Assembly: GCA_964607465.1 (NCBI GenBank)
Contig: CAZSKS010000008.1
Span: 1 to 62,052, forward strand
Reading direction: 5' to 3'
Origin: an uncultured Gemmatimonadota bacterium
GTDB lineage: Bacteria; Gemmatimonadota; Gemmatimonadetes; Palauibacterales; Palauibacteraceae
Length of the DNA stretch: 62,052 nucleotides
Shown: one piece after another, positions 26,092 through 35,177 of the stretch
Layout of the letters: each line of letters begins with the position of its first letter
Numbering within the stretch: the first letter of the stretch is position 1
Translations under genes and position numbers: made by a program
The notes under the pieces: generated by a model
Told to the model about the DNA's origin: nothing
The model's database searches: none
The model's input: only the letters and a program-made list of their open reading frames with translations

Positions 26092-26265
26092 ATGAGCGAC
26101 ACTGAGCGGACGCCCGGGAGCCCGTCGCCGGCGCCGGGGACCCCGACGGTGGAGTACGAGGGACCGGGCGCCTGGGGGCCGGCGGCGATGTGGCTGCTCG
26201 GGGCGCTGTTCGTGCTCTCGGCCGCCGCCACCGTCCACTCCATCCTGGCGACGTTCGGCGGCTGA
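26092..26265 (+). CDS. 57-aa single-TM protein, candidate extra small subunit of the second oxidase (not in the ORF track)
   Basis: My own translation: MSDTERTPGSPSPAPGTPTVEYEGPGAWGPAAMWLLGALFVLSAAATVHSILATFGG. A GGAGG SD lies 6 nt upstream, and the ORF starts 32 nt after the subunit I stop. Confidence 0.5.
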   Translation: MSDTERTPGSPSPAPGTPTVEYEGPGAWGPAAMWLLGALFVLSAAATVHSILATFGG

Positions 26266-26473
26266 CGGCCGGGGGCGGCTCGCCCCCGCACGGTCGCCGT
26301 CGCTCGCGCCCTCCCGTCGTCCCGGGGGTCCCGCGGCCTCGGGCCCGACCACCTCCGTCGCGAGCCCGCGGGCGCCGGCACACGGGGCTCCGCCGCGTGT
26401 ATGGTGGTCTCCGTGCCGCCGCCGCGGGTCCGCCCCGCGGCCGGATTCCACACCCCGGCCCCGAGGTCCCCGC

Positions 26474-27997
26474 ATGCACGCCGAGCCCGCCCCCCACGCC
26501 CGATCCGGACCCGGCGCGGCGCTCCTCGTAACCGCGCTCGCCCTGGCGTCGGTCCCCGCGGGGGCGTCGGCCCAGGCGCCGGCCACGGCCACGGGGGTGG
26601 AGACCCGGGGGGTGGAGAGCATCACGGCCGTGGACCTGCGACAGCGGGTCGGGATCCTGGCCCACGACTCCATGCGGGGCCGGGACACGCCGAGCCCGGA
26701 GCTCGAGGAGACGGCACGCTGGATCGCCGAGCGGTTCCGCTCGTTCGGCCTGCAGCCCGGGCTGGGCAGCCAGGGCTACCTGCAGTGGTATCCCCTCACC
26801 GTGGTGGAGCCCGGCCCGCCCTTCCGGCAGCGCCTGACCCTGGAGGGACCCGCCGGTCGCACGACGCTGGACGCCCGGGAGGAGTTCGTGGCCGCGCCCA
26901 CCGGCCAGCGGACGACCGCCAGCGGCCCCCTGCGGCGTTGGAGCCCGGCGGAGGGGACGGCGGCGCCCGCCGACGGCATCCTCCTGGTGCCGGTGGACCG
27001 GGCGTCGGTGGGTTCGGCCTTCGAGGGCGTCCGGCAGGCGCTGGGAGACGACGGCGCCGCGGGGGCGATCTTCGTGGTCGAGGGCCCGGACGCCTTCTTC
27101 CAGCGGGTGCGGGGCTTCTTCGCCACCCGGCAGATCTCGCTGGGTGAGCCGGACGCCCTCTCCAAACCCGTGGGCCTGGTGCGGCGGCAGGGTCTGCCCG
27201 AGGCGCTGGTCCGGGAGCTGGAGGGAGACCTGGAGGGCGAAGCCTGGACGGCGGAGCTCCGGACCGACGCCACCGTCCGGGGGCGCCGGGCGCCCAACGT
27301 GATCGGCTGGATCGAGGGCTCCGACCCCGAGCTGCGGGACGAATACGTCGTCTTCACGGCCCACATGGATCACGTGGGCGTGGGCGAGCCGGTGGAGGGC
27401 GACTCCATCTACAACGGGGCCGACGACGACGGCTCCGGCACGGCCGCCGTCCTGGAGCTGGCCGAGGCCTTCGCCGGCGGGCCGGCGCCCCGGCGCTCGG
27501 TGATCTTCATGACGGTGAGCGGGGAGGAGAAGGGGCTCTTCGGCTCCCGCTGGTACAGCGAGCACCCCGTCTTCCCCCTGGACCGGACCGTGGCGGCGCT
27601 GAACATGGACATGATCGGCCGGAACTGGAAGGACACGGTGGTGGCCGTCGGCAAGCAGGAGTCCAGCCTCGGCGCCACCGTCGACAGCGTGACGGCGGCC
27701 CACCCGGAGCTGGACATGACGGTGGTGGAGGACCGGTGGCCGGAGCAGAACTTCTACCGGCGCTCCGACCACTACAACTTCGCCCGCAAGGGCGTGCCGA
27801 TCCTATTCTTCTTCAGCGGCGTGCACGAGGACTACCACCAGCCGTCCGACGAGGTGGACCGGCTGGACTACGACAAGACCGCGCGGATCGTCCGCCTGGT
27901 CTACCTCCTGGGACGGAGCGTGGCCGACGCGGACGAGCCGCCCCGGTGGGATCCGGAGGCGTACGAGCGGGTGGTCGAGGAGGGCGGCGGACGCTAG
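26474..27997 (+). CDS. secreted M28 family metallopeptidase (aminopeptidase) with PA-like insert
   Basis: Signal peptide AALLVTALALASVPAGASAQA. M28 metal-binding motifs: VVFTAHMDHVG, YNGADDDGSGTAAVLELA, FMTVSGEEKGLFGSRWY, LNMDMIG and HEDYHQPSD. Confidence 0.88.
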   Translation: MHAEPAPHARSGPGAALLVTALALASVPAGASAQAPATATGVETRGVESITAVDLRQRVGILAHDSMRGRDTPSPELEETARWIAERFRSFGLQPGLGSQGYLQWYPLTVVEPGPPFRQRLTLEGPAGRTTLDAREEFVAAPTGQRTTASGPLRRWSPAEGTAAPADGILLVPVDRASVGSAFEGVRQALGDDGAAGAIFVVEGPDAFFQRVRGFFATRQISLGEPDALSKPVGLVRRQGLPEALVRELEGDLEGEAWTAELRTDATVRGRRAPNVIGWIEGSDPELRDEYVVFTAHMDHVGVGEPVEGDSIYNGADDDGSGTAAVLELAEAFAGGPAPRRSVIFMTVSGEEKGLFGSRWYSEHPVFPLDRTVAALNMDMIGRNWKDTVVAVGKQESSLGATVDSVTAAHPELDMTVVEDRWPEQNFYRRSDHYNFARKGVPILFFFSGVHEDYHQPSDEVDRLDYDKTARIVRLVYLLGRSVADADEPPRWDPEAYERVVEEGGGR

Positions 27998-28115
27998 TTT
28001 TTCGCCCCCTGGCCGCACGAGAAGCGCCGCGCGCCTCGCCCCGGCGCGTACCGGCGGCCCCGGGGATCCGCCCCGTGAGCCGTTTCTCATCCATAGATCG
28101 AGACGTCGACCCGAT

Positions 28116-29510
28116 ATGAGCGAGAAGGACAACGACAGACGCGACGCCGCCCCCATCCTGGTGGTGGACGACGAGACGACCATCGTGGAGGCGCTCCAGG
28201 CGGTGCTCAGCGACGAGGGCTTCGAGGTGGATGTCGCCGAGGACGGCGAGACCGCCTGGGAGCTGCTCCAGGAGACCGCCTACGGCCTGGTGGTCCTGGA
28301 CCTCAAGCTGCCGGAGATGGACGGCCTCGAGCTGTTCGGGAAGATCCGGGACGAGGAGCTGGGCTGCGAGGTCATCATCATCACCGGAGAGGGAACGGTC
28401 GACTCCGCCGTGCAGGCGATGCGCAGCGGCGCCTACGACTACCTGACCAAGCCCCTGGAGACCGACCGTCTGAAGGCGCTGGTCCCCAAGGCGCTGGAGA
28501 AGTACGACGTCCGGGAGCAGAAGGCCGCCCTGGAGCGGAAGGTGGCCAACCTCACCCGCTACGGCGAGCTGGTGGGGCAGTCCGACGAGATGAAGGAGAT
28601 CTACAAGACGATCGAGGCGGTGGCGCCCACCGACGCCAGCATCCTGGTGTACGGCCAGTCGGGTACCGGCAAGGAGCTGGTGGCCCGGGCGCTTCACGAG
28701 AAGTCCCACCGCTCCGACGGCCCCTTCGTGGCGGTCAACTGCGCCGCCTTCCCCAAGGACATCCTGGAGAACGAGCTGTTCGGCCACGAGAAGGGCGCCT
28801 TCACCGGCAGCCTGAAGGAGAAGGCCGGCTGCTTCGAGCTGGCCGACGGCGGCACCCTCTTCCTGGACGAGGTGGCCGAGATGGAGTCCGACACGCAGGT
28901 GAAGCTGCTGCGGGCCATCGAGAGCCAGCGCTTCCGCCGCCTCGGCGGCAAGGACGAGATCGAGGTGGACATCCGGGTGCTGGCCGCCACGAACCGGGAC
29001 GTCCACGAGGCGCTGCGGGAGGGCGAGTTCCGGGAGGACCTGTACTACCGGCTGTCGGTGGTGGAGATCTACCTGCCCCCGCTGAAGGAGCGGGGCAACG
29101 ACGTGCACCTGCTGGCCCACGAGTTCCTGCAGGAGTTCTCCGAGGAGCACGGCAAGGAGGCCCAGGGCTTCACCGACGAGGCGATGAAGTTCATCCAGGC
29201 CTACGACTGGCCCGGCAACGTCCGGGAGCTGAAGAACGCGGTGGAGCGGGCCGTCATCATGAGCGGCGAGGGAGAGATTCCGCTGGAGGCCGTCCGTCCC
29301 CGGGCGGCCGAGCAGCGTCGGGCCAGCGAGGTCCGGATCCCCATCGGCGACAGCCTGGAGGAGGCCCGCTCCAAGATGATCCTCCAGACCTTCGCCTCCA
29401 CCGGCGGTGACCGGTCCCGTACGGCCGACATCCTGGGGATGGACGAGGAGGAGCTGGGCGAGCGCCTCCTGAAGCTGCTGGACGCCGAGCCGGAGGCGGT
29501 GGCCCCGTAG
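28116..29510 (+). CDS. sigma54-dependent response regulator (NtrC family: REC-AAA+-Fis HTH)
   Basis: REC domain: [14 protein letters not shown]...[20 protein letters not shown]+ domain: Walker [16 protein letters not shown], the GAFTG sigma54-contact loop (EKGAFTGS), LFLDEV and RVLAATN. C-terminal HTH: [18 protein letters not shown]. No sensor kinase gene is adjacent. Confidence 0.92.
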   Translation: MSEKDNDRRDAAPILVVDDETTIVEALQAVLSDEGFEVDVAEDGETAWELLQETAYGLVVLDLKLPEMDGLELFGKIRDEELGCEVIIITGEGTVDSAVQAMRSGAYDYLTKPLETDRLKALVPKALEKYDVREQKAALERKVANLTRYGELVGQSDEMKEIYKTIEAVAPTDASILVYGQSGTGKELVARALHEKSHRSDGPFVAVNCAAFPKDILENELFGHEKGAFTGSLKEKAGCFELADGGTLFLDEVAEMESDTQVKLLRAIESQRFRRLGGKDEIEVDIRVLAATNRDVHEALREGEFREDLYYRLSVVEIYLPPLKERGNDVHLLAHEFLQEFSEEHGKEAQGFTDEAMKFIQAYDWPGNVRELKNAVERAVIMSGEGEIPLEAVRPRAAEQRRASEVRIPIGDSLEEARSKMILQTFASTGGDRSRTADILGMDEEELGERLLKLLDAEPEAVAP

Positions 29511-29624
29511 CGCGGCCGGGCTCCGGCCCGGGCGGCGGGTCCGCCTGAGGCCGGCGTCGGCCCGGGCGACGGGGACGGGAGCCGCGTCGCCGGCCGGCGG
29601 CATCGGGCGGGCGGCCGCCGAAAT

Positions 29625-29640
29625 CGGTACACCGCTTGCA
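29625..29640 (+). promoter_or_regulatory. sigma54 (-24/-12) promoter candidate upstream of ytxH-yihY
   Basis: cGGTACAccgcTTGCA compared with the consensus TGGCAC-N5-TTGC(A/T): GG at 29626-29627 and TTGCA at 29636-29640, with exactly consensus spacing. It lies 98 nt upstream of the ytxH ATG and 115 nt downstream of the NtrC-type regulator gene. Confidence 0.6.
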
Positions 29641-29737
29641 CCGTTGAACCCGACGCACAGCGATTCGGCCCGCGAGCACGGCCATCCCGGCCCGTGACCT
29701 CACGCGGGCCGCGGACCCAGAAGAGAGGTGGGCAGCC

Positions 29738-30190
29738 ATGCCGGATTCCAAGGACACCCCCGTCGTCATCGTCGAGAAGGAGAGCGGCTCCAGCGTGGGC
29801 GGCTTCCTGGTCGGCCTCCTCGCGGGGGCCGCGGCCGGCCTCCTCCTGGCGCCGAAGTCGGGCGAGGAGACCCAGCAGGAGCTGAAGGAGGGCGCCCTGA
29901 AGCTCCGCGTCGACGCGGAGAACAGGCTGGCGGATCTCCGCGAGGAGCTCACCGACGTCTACGAGCGCGCCCGGGAGGACGTGGCCGAGCGGATGGACGC
30001 GGCCCGGGACGAGATCCAGGAGCGCCGCCGCCGGGCCGAGGAGGCCGTCCGGGCCGGCCGCACCGCCGCCGGCTCCGCCCGCAGCGACCTGGAGCGCCGT
30101 GTCGCCGAATCGAAGAAGGCCTACGAGGAGGCCGTCGGCGCCGAGCCCGGCGGCGGCGAGGCGGACGGGGAGGACGGGGAGGAGGCCTGA
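29738..30190 (+). CDS. YtxH domain protein (general-stress-type membrane-anchored helical protein)
   Basis: GGFLVGLLAGAAAGLLLAPKSGEETQQELKEGALKLR is the characteristic YtxH N-terminus. The rest is charged and helical. SD GAGAGGTGGG upstream. Confidence 0.8.
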   Translation: MPDSKDTPVVIVEKESGSSVGGFLVGLLAGAAAGLLLAPKSGEETQQELKEGALKLRVDAENRLADLREELTDVYERAREDVAERMDAARDEIQERRRRAEEAVRAGRTAAGSARSDLERRVAESKKAYEEAVGAEPGGGEADGEDGEEA

Positions 30191-30274
30191 CGCCGATCCG
30201 CCCGGGAGCGGATCCGTCGCCCGGCTGCGCCCGGCCCGCCCCGCCCTGAGCTCCCCTTCTTCCGTGGAGGCCCC

Positions 30275-31147
30275 GTGACGGCGCCGGCCGACGTCCGGGG
30301 CTTCCTCTCCCTGGTCTACGAGAAGGCCGCCGAGGACAACATCTTCTTCCTCGCCTCGGGGATGACCTTCAGCGTCCTCGTGGCGGCCATCCCCTTCCTC
30401 CTCCTGGCGCTGACCGCCGCCGGCCTCTTCCTGGCCCCCCAGTTCGAGGCGCCGCAGAGCCAGGTGCTGGAGTGGTTCTGGACCCTCCTGCCCGTGAGCG
30501 GCGCCGGCGTGCGGGGGGAGCTCGAATCGGTGGTCCAGGAAGTGGCCGACCGGGCCGGCTCCATCGGGCTGCTCGGCGGCGTGGCCTTCGTCTGGCTGTC
30601 CACCCGGCTCTTCGGATCCCTGCGCACGGTCCTGGCCGAGGTGTTCGACCTGGACGACCGCCCCAGCGTCGTCCGCGGCAAGGTGATGGACGTGGGCATG
30701 GTGCTGGTGAGCACCGTCCTCCTGTCGCTGAACGTCGCCCTCACCTCGGTGGTGCGGGCCCTGGGGAGCGAGGGGATCGAGGCGCTGGGCGTCCGCCCGG
30801 GCCTGCTGGAGCGGCTGCTGGGCCTGGGCGTAGCCTTCCTCTTCATTTACCTGATGTTCCTCCTCATCTACAAGATGGTGTCGCTGAACCGGATCCGGTG
30901 GCGGACCGCGGCCCTGGCGGCGCTCCTGGCGTCGGCCGGCTTCGAGCTGGTGAAGGTGGGCTTCGGCTGGTGGGTGACGAACTTCGCCGACTACACCTCC
31001 TACTTCTTCGCCTTCGGGACGCTGGTGGTGCTGGTCATCGCGGTCTACTACGGCTCGGTGCTCTTCGTGTTGGGCGGGGAGGTGGCGCAGGTGGCGCAGC
31101 TTCGGCGGACGCTGCGGGCACAGCGGGAGATGTTCGACACGGAGTGA
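30275..31147 (+). CDS. YihY/BrkB family membrane protein
   Basis: AEDNIFFLASGMTFSVLVAAIPFLLLALTAAG...GSIGLLGGVAFVWLSTRLFGSLRTVL...YGSVLFVLGGEVA matches the YihY (former RNase BN) family pattern. 6 TM helices. Confidence 0.82.
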   Translation: MTAPADVRGFLSLVYEKAAEDNIFFLASGMTFSVLVAAIPFLLLALTAAGLFLAPQFEAPQSQVLEWFWTLLPVSGAGVRGELESVVQEVADRAGSIGLLGGVAFVWLSTRLFGSLRTVLAEVFDLDDRPSVVRGKVMDVGMVLVSTVLLSLNVALTSVVRALGSEGIEALGVRPGLLERLLGLGVAFLFIYLMFLLIYKMVSLNRIRWRTAALAALLASAGFELVKVGFGWWVTNFADYTSYFFAFGTLVVLVIAVYYGSVLFVLGGEVAQVAQLRRTLRAQREMFDTE

Positions 31148-31160
31148 GGGCCGTGGGGTC

Positions 31161-31287
31161 GGGGCGCGGCGGGGGAGCTCCCCCTCGCTCGGTTGCACCC
31201 GCTCGCCACGGTGCGAACGGTACGCCGGGCCGATGCGGCGGCGAGCGTGCGGAGACGCTCGCTCGGGGGACTCCCCCGCCGCGCCCC
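31161..31287. repeat. 17-bp perfect inverted repeat flanking 93 nt in the yihY-smpB intergenic region
   Basis: GGGGCGCGGCGGGGGAG (31161-31177) and its exact reverse complement CTCCCCCGCCGCGCCCC (31271-31287). Each arm overlaps a local palindrome: GGGGGAGCTCCCCC at 31171-31184 and GGGGGACTCCCCC at 31265-31277. Confidence 0.65.
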
Positions 31288-31505
31288 TCACCCGGGCCCT
31301 TCCGTCCGTGGTCGAGCGGCCAGGGGGATGGGCTGCCGACGTCGCTCGGAGAACTCCTCCCCCTCCTCGCCCTCCCGCTCCGTGTCGATGCGGGCAGGGG
31401 GGTGGGCAAAACATGGCGCGGAGGCGGGGCGCGGCTTACCTTTACGGGCACCGTCCCGTTCCATCCGCCGCGCAGCTTCCACCGTCGAGATCGCGGGAGA
31501 CCGGT

Positions 31506-31973
31506 TTGGCCAGCGAAGACGGGCGGCGTGTGGTCATCCGCAACCGCAAGGCCCGCCACGAGTACGAGTTCCTCGACACCTTCGAGGCCGGCCTCGTCCT
31601 GAAGGGGTCCGAGGTGAAGTCCCTCCGCGAGGGGGACAGCAGCTTCACCGACGCCTTCGCGAGGGTGGAGAACGGCGAGGTGTGGCTCTACAACCTCCAC
31701 ATCAAGCCGTACCACTCCTCCAGCCACGACGCTCCCGATCCGACGCGGACCCGCAAGCTGCTCCTCCGGAAGAGCCAGATCCAGAAGCTGGCCGCGGAGA
31801 CGCAGCAACGCGGCAACACCCTGGTCCCCCTGGACCTGTATTTTCGCGACGGCCGCGCCAAGATCACGCTGGCGCTCGCCAAGGGGAAGAAGCTGCACGA
31901 CAAGCGCGAGACCCTGAAGCGGGAAGCCATGCGTCGGGAGGCGGAGCGTGAGATCCAGCGGCACAAGGGATGA
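31506..31973 (+). CDS. smpB: SsrA-binding protein SmpB
   Basis: IRNRKARHEYEFLDTFEAGLVLKGSEVKSLREG...AFARVENGEVWLYNLHIKPY...DPTRTRKLLLRKSQIQKL...GNTLVPLDLYF.DGRAKITLALAKGKK.HDKRE. I chose the TTG at 31506 (GGGAG 8 nt upstream, giving 155 aa). The in-frame ATG at 31413 is an alternative. Confidence 0.9.
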   Translation: MASEDGRRVVIRNRKARHEYEFLDTFEAGLVLKGSEVKSLREGDSSFTDAFARVENGEVWLYNLHIKPYHSSSHDAPDPTRTRKLLLRKSQIQKLAAETQQRGNTLVPLDLYFRDGRAKITLALAKGKKLHDKRETLKREAMRREAEREIQRHKG

Positions 31974-32067
31974 CGGAGTGAGCAGCCGGGGAAGGGACCG
32001 ACCCGGCCGGCCGGTGAGGCCCCCGACGCCGGCGGGCCCGGCCCGTACGGCCGGGGGCGGGACGGGC

Positions 32068-33222
32068 ATGGCGGCCGTGGCGGGCATGGCGGCCGCGGCG
32101 CTGGCCGCCCTCCTGCTGGCCGCCTCGGCGGCCCCGGCCGCCGCCCAGCCCCGCTCGGAGGCCGGGGCGTCGGGAGTCTGGGCGGAGACGTCCGATCGCC
32201 ATCACGGCTACCCCGCCGTGGCGGCCTCCGCGCTGTCGGACGCCCTGTCGGAGGTGACGGCCGACGGGGCCCGCTTCACGGCCCGGATCGACGGACGGGA
32301 GCTGGAGCTGCTGGCCGGGAGCCCCTTCTACCGGGTGGACGGCCGGGTGGGCCAGCTGGCCAACCCGCCCTACCGGCGGGACGGCGGCTTCTGGCTCCCC
32401 CTGCAGCTGTTGGAGCGGCTGGACGTGGCCGGGGTGGAGGCCGCCCGGGCGGCGGCCGGCGGCGCCGGCGAGGCGTCCGGGGAGGACGCAAGGTCGGGTC
32501 GGACGGGTCCCTGGAAGGTCGTCATCGACCCCGGTCACGGGGGCAAGGACCCCGGCGCCCGGGGCCCCCGCGGCGTCCGGGAGAAGGACGTGGTGCTGGG
32601 CATCGCCCGGCGGCTGGCGGAGCGGCTGAACCGGCGGGACGACGTGGAGGCGAGCCTCACGCGGACCGACGACTCCTTCCTCCCGCTGGACGAGCGCTCC
32701 CGGATCGCGGTCCGGCGGGACGCCGACCTCTTCCTCTCCCTCCACGCCAACGCCGCCCGCAACCGGAACGCGTCGGGCTTCGAGACCTACTTCCTGGGCG
32801 AGGCGCGTACCGAGCGGGCGCGCCGGGTGGCGCTGCGGGAGAACAGCTCGGTGCGCTACGAGGGGGGCAGCGGGGAGGAGGTCTCCAACGAGGTGCAGAT
32901 GATCCTGGCCAACATGGACCTGAACATGTTCCAGGAGGAGTCCCGGTTCCTGGCGGGCTACGTGCAGAACTCCCTGCGGCAGCGGGTCGCCAGCCCCGAC
33001 CGCGGGGTGAAGCAGAACATCTTCCTGGTGCTGGTGAACGCCAGCGGAAGCATGCCCTCCATCCTGGTGGAGACCGGCTTCATCTCCAACCCGCAGGGCG
33101 AGCGGCGCCTGCGGAGCGGCGAGGGCCAGGAGCGGATCGCCGACGGCCTGAGCCAGGCCATCGTCGAGTACTTCCAGGAGCGGGAGCGCAGGGAGACGGT
33201 CCAGACCGCGGCGAGGCGCTGA
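32068..33222 (+). CDS. N-acetylmuramoyl-L-alanine amidase (Amidase_3, AmiC-like) with signal peptide
   Basis: Signal peptide MAAVAGMAAAALAALLLAASAAPAAAQ. Catalytic domain: VVIDPGHGGKDPGARG...EKDVVLGIARRL...DADLFLSLHANAA...SGFETYFL...SILVETGFISN. I chose the ATG at 32068; the ORF-track start at 31948 overlaps smpB. Confidence 0.88.
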   Translation: MAAVAGMAAAALAALLLAASAAPAAAQPRSEAGASGVWAETSDRHHGYPAVAASALSDALSEVTADGARFTARIDGRELELLAGSPFYRVDGRVGQLANPPYRRDGGFWLPLQLLERLDVAGVEAARAAAGGAGEASGEDARSGRTGPWKVVIDPGHGGKDPGARGPRGVREKDVVLGIARRLAERLNRRDDVEASLTRTDDSFLPLDERSRIAVRRDADLFLSLHANAARNRNASGFETYFLGEARTERARRVALRENSSVRYEGGSGEEVSNEVQMILANMDLNMFQEESRFLAGYVQNSLRQRVASPDRGVKQNIFLVLVNASGSMPSILVETGFISNPQGERRLRSGEGQERIADGLSQAIVEYFQERERRETVQTAARR

Positions 33223-34080
33223 ATGCCGGCGGTCTCCGCCCGGGACGCTCCCCCGGCGCTGGACGTCCTCACGGGCCGGGCGGCGCTGCCGGAGGGGCCG
33301 CCCCGGCGGAGCTGGTCCCCGGTCACCCGCCGCCGCGAGGTGGCCGAGAACACCTGGTGGCTCGAGCTGGCGAGCCCCGAGATCGCCGCGGCCAGCGTGC
33401 CCGGGCAGTTCCTCATGGTGGGCTACGGCCTGGAGAACACCGGCGCGCCCTTCCTGCCCCGCCCCTTCAGCGTGGGTTGGCGCTCCGGGGACGGCCGGGT
33501 GGGACTCCTGCTGCGCTCCTTCGGCGCCGGCACCCGCCGCATGGCCGGGCTCCGGCCGGGCGACGAGCTGCTGCTGCTGGGCCCCCTGGGCCGTCCCTTC
33601 CGCCTGGACGCCGCGCGGCGGACCGTCTGCGTGGCCGGCGGGGTGGGCCTGGCCCCCTTCATCTTCCTGGCCGACGAGGCCCGCCGCGGCGGCCTCGAGG
33701 TCGACCTGGTCTACGGCGAGCGGACCGCCGACCGCGTCTTCGATCCCGAGCTGTTGGCGGAACTCGCTTCCGGCCCGGTCGAGGTGTGGACCGAGGACGG
33801 CAGCCGGGGCCGCGAGGGGCGGGTCCTGGAGGGGATCGATCCGACGGGCGACCCGCTGGTGCTGGGATGCGGCCCCGATCCGATGCTGCGGGCCCTGGCG
33901 GCCTGGGCCCGGGAGCGGGAGGCCGACCTCCAGGTCTCGGTGGAGGAGCACATGGGCTGCGGCGTGGGCACGTGCCAGGGCTGCGTGGTGCGGAGCGCCG
34001 ACGGGCGGTGGGTGAAGTCGTGCGTCGAGGGCCCGGTCTTCGACGCGCGCTCGCTGGACTGGAGCGTGCCCCATGCGTGA
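33223..34080 (+). CDS. pyrK: dihydroorotate dehydrogenase (class 1B) electron-transfer subunit
   Basis: FAD/NAD-binding fold (PGQFLMV...PRPFSV, VAGGVGLAPF) plus a C-terminal 2Fe-2S motif, HMGCGVGTCQGCVV...SCVEGPVF. It lies directly upstream of pyrD. Confidence 0.88.
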   Translation: MPAVSARDAPPALDVLTGRAALPEGPPRRSWSPVTRRREVAENTWWLELASPEIAAASVPGQFLMVGYGLENTGAPFLPRPFSVGWRSGDGRVGLLLRSFGAGTRRMAGLRPGDELLLLGPLGRPFRLDAARRTVCVAGGVGLAPFIFLADEARRGGLEVDLVYGERTADRVFDPELLAELASGPVEVWTEDGSRGREGRVLEGIDPTGDPLVLGCGPDPMLRALAAWAREREADLQVSVEEHMGCGVGTCQGCVVRSADGRWVKSCVEGPVFDARSLDWSVPHA

Positions 34081-34160
34081 GGCCGCCGGGCGCGCCGTGG
34101 CCGGTCGACGGCGATGCCGGGGTCGACCGGGGCCGCCCGCCCGCCCCGGGGAGGCCACCG

Positions 34161-35177
34161 GTGGCTGACGCGTCGCCCCTGGCCCGGGAGCTGTTCGGGA
34201 CCTCTTTCCAGAGCCCCGTGCTGCTGGCGTCGGGGACGTGCGGCTACGGCCAGGAGTACGAGGGCCTGATCCCCCTGGACGAGCTGGGCGGGCTGGTCAC
34301 CAAGGCCGTCAGCGTCGAGCCCCGGGCCGGCAACCCGCCCCACCGGGTGGCGGAGACGCCGGGCGGGATGATCAACGCCATCGGTCTGGACAACGTGGGG
34401 CTGGAGCGCTTCCGGGAGGAGAAGCTCCCCTGGCTGCGCGACCACCTGGAGCGGGCCCGGGTCCTGGTGAACGTCGTGGGCCACACGGTGGACGACTTCG
34501 CCGCGGTCGTGGCCGGGCTGGACGGCGAGGAGGGCTTCCTGGGCTACGAGGTCAACGTCTCCTGCCCCAACGTGGAGGGCGGCACGCTGTTCGGCACCGA
34601 CCGCGAGGCCCTGGCCCGGCTGGTGGATCGGCTCCGGGAGGAGACCGAGCGTCCGCTGCTGGTGAAGCTGACCCCCAACGTCCCCGACATCGGGGTGTAC
34701 GCCCGCATCTGCGAGGAGGCGGGGGCGGACGGGCTCAGCACCATCAATACCTTCCCGGGGATGCTGGTGGACGTGGAACGCCGCCGCCCGGTGATCGGCA
34801 ACGTCACCGGCGGGGTCAGCGGGCCGGCCATCCTGCCCATGGGCGTCTACCTCACGTGGCGGGCGGCCCGTGCGGTGGACATCCCGGTGCTGGGGATCGG
34901 CGGCATCCGCTCGGCGGAGGACGCCCTGCAGTACGTGCTGGCCGGCGCGTCCCTGGTGCAGGTGGGCACGGCCCTCTTCGTGGACCCGGCGGCCGCCCGG
35001 GGCGTCCACGAGGGGCTGGAGGCGCACCTGGAGGCGCAGGGGGTCGACCGGCTGTCCGAGCTGGTGGGCGCGCTGGAGACGGGACCCACCGGCCCGCCGG
35101 CCCCGGGGGCCGGTCCCGACGCCGGACCGGGGGACGCCGACGAGGAGACGGTGCCGGAGGCCGGTGCCCGTGGGTGA
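34161..35177 (+). CDS. pyrD: dihydroorotate dehydrogenase catalytic subunit (class 1B)
   Basis: [20 protein letters not shown]...[38 protein letters not shown]...EVNVSCPNV...KLTPNV...STINTFPGM...GGVSGPAI...VLGIGGI. The GTG at 34161 has a GGGGAGG SD. An alternative GTG at 34077 overlaps the pyrK stop (GTGA). The acidic/Pro-rich C-terminal tail is unusual. Confidence 0.88.
   Translation: MADASPLARELFGTSFQSPVLLASGTCGYGQEYEGLIPLDELGGLVTKAVSVEPRAGNPPHRVAETPGGMINAIGLDNVGLERFREEKLPWLRDHLERARVLVNVVGHTVDDFAAVVAGLDGEEGFLGYEVNVSCPNVEGGTLFGTDREALARLVDRLREETERPLLVKLTPNVPDIGVYARICEEAGADGLSTINTFPGMLVDVERRRPVIGNVTGGVSGPAILPMGVYLTWRAARAVDIPVLGIGGIRSAEDALQYVLAGASLVQVGTALFVDPAAARGVHEGLEAHLEAQGVDRLSELVGALETGPTGPPAPGAGPDAGPGDADEETVPEAGARG

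Noticed and set aside
31148-31505. Possible tmRNA (ssrA) gene next to smpB.
   Set aside because: I could not see a tRNA-like acceptor/T-arm pairing, a 5' GGGG...3' ACCA closure or a tag-peptide reading frame ending in a typical ...ALAA stop. The spacer is better described as an inverted-repeat element, reported separately.
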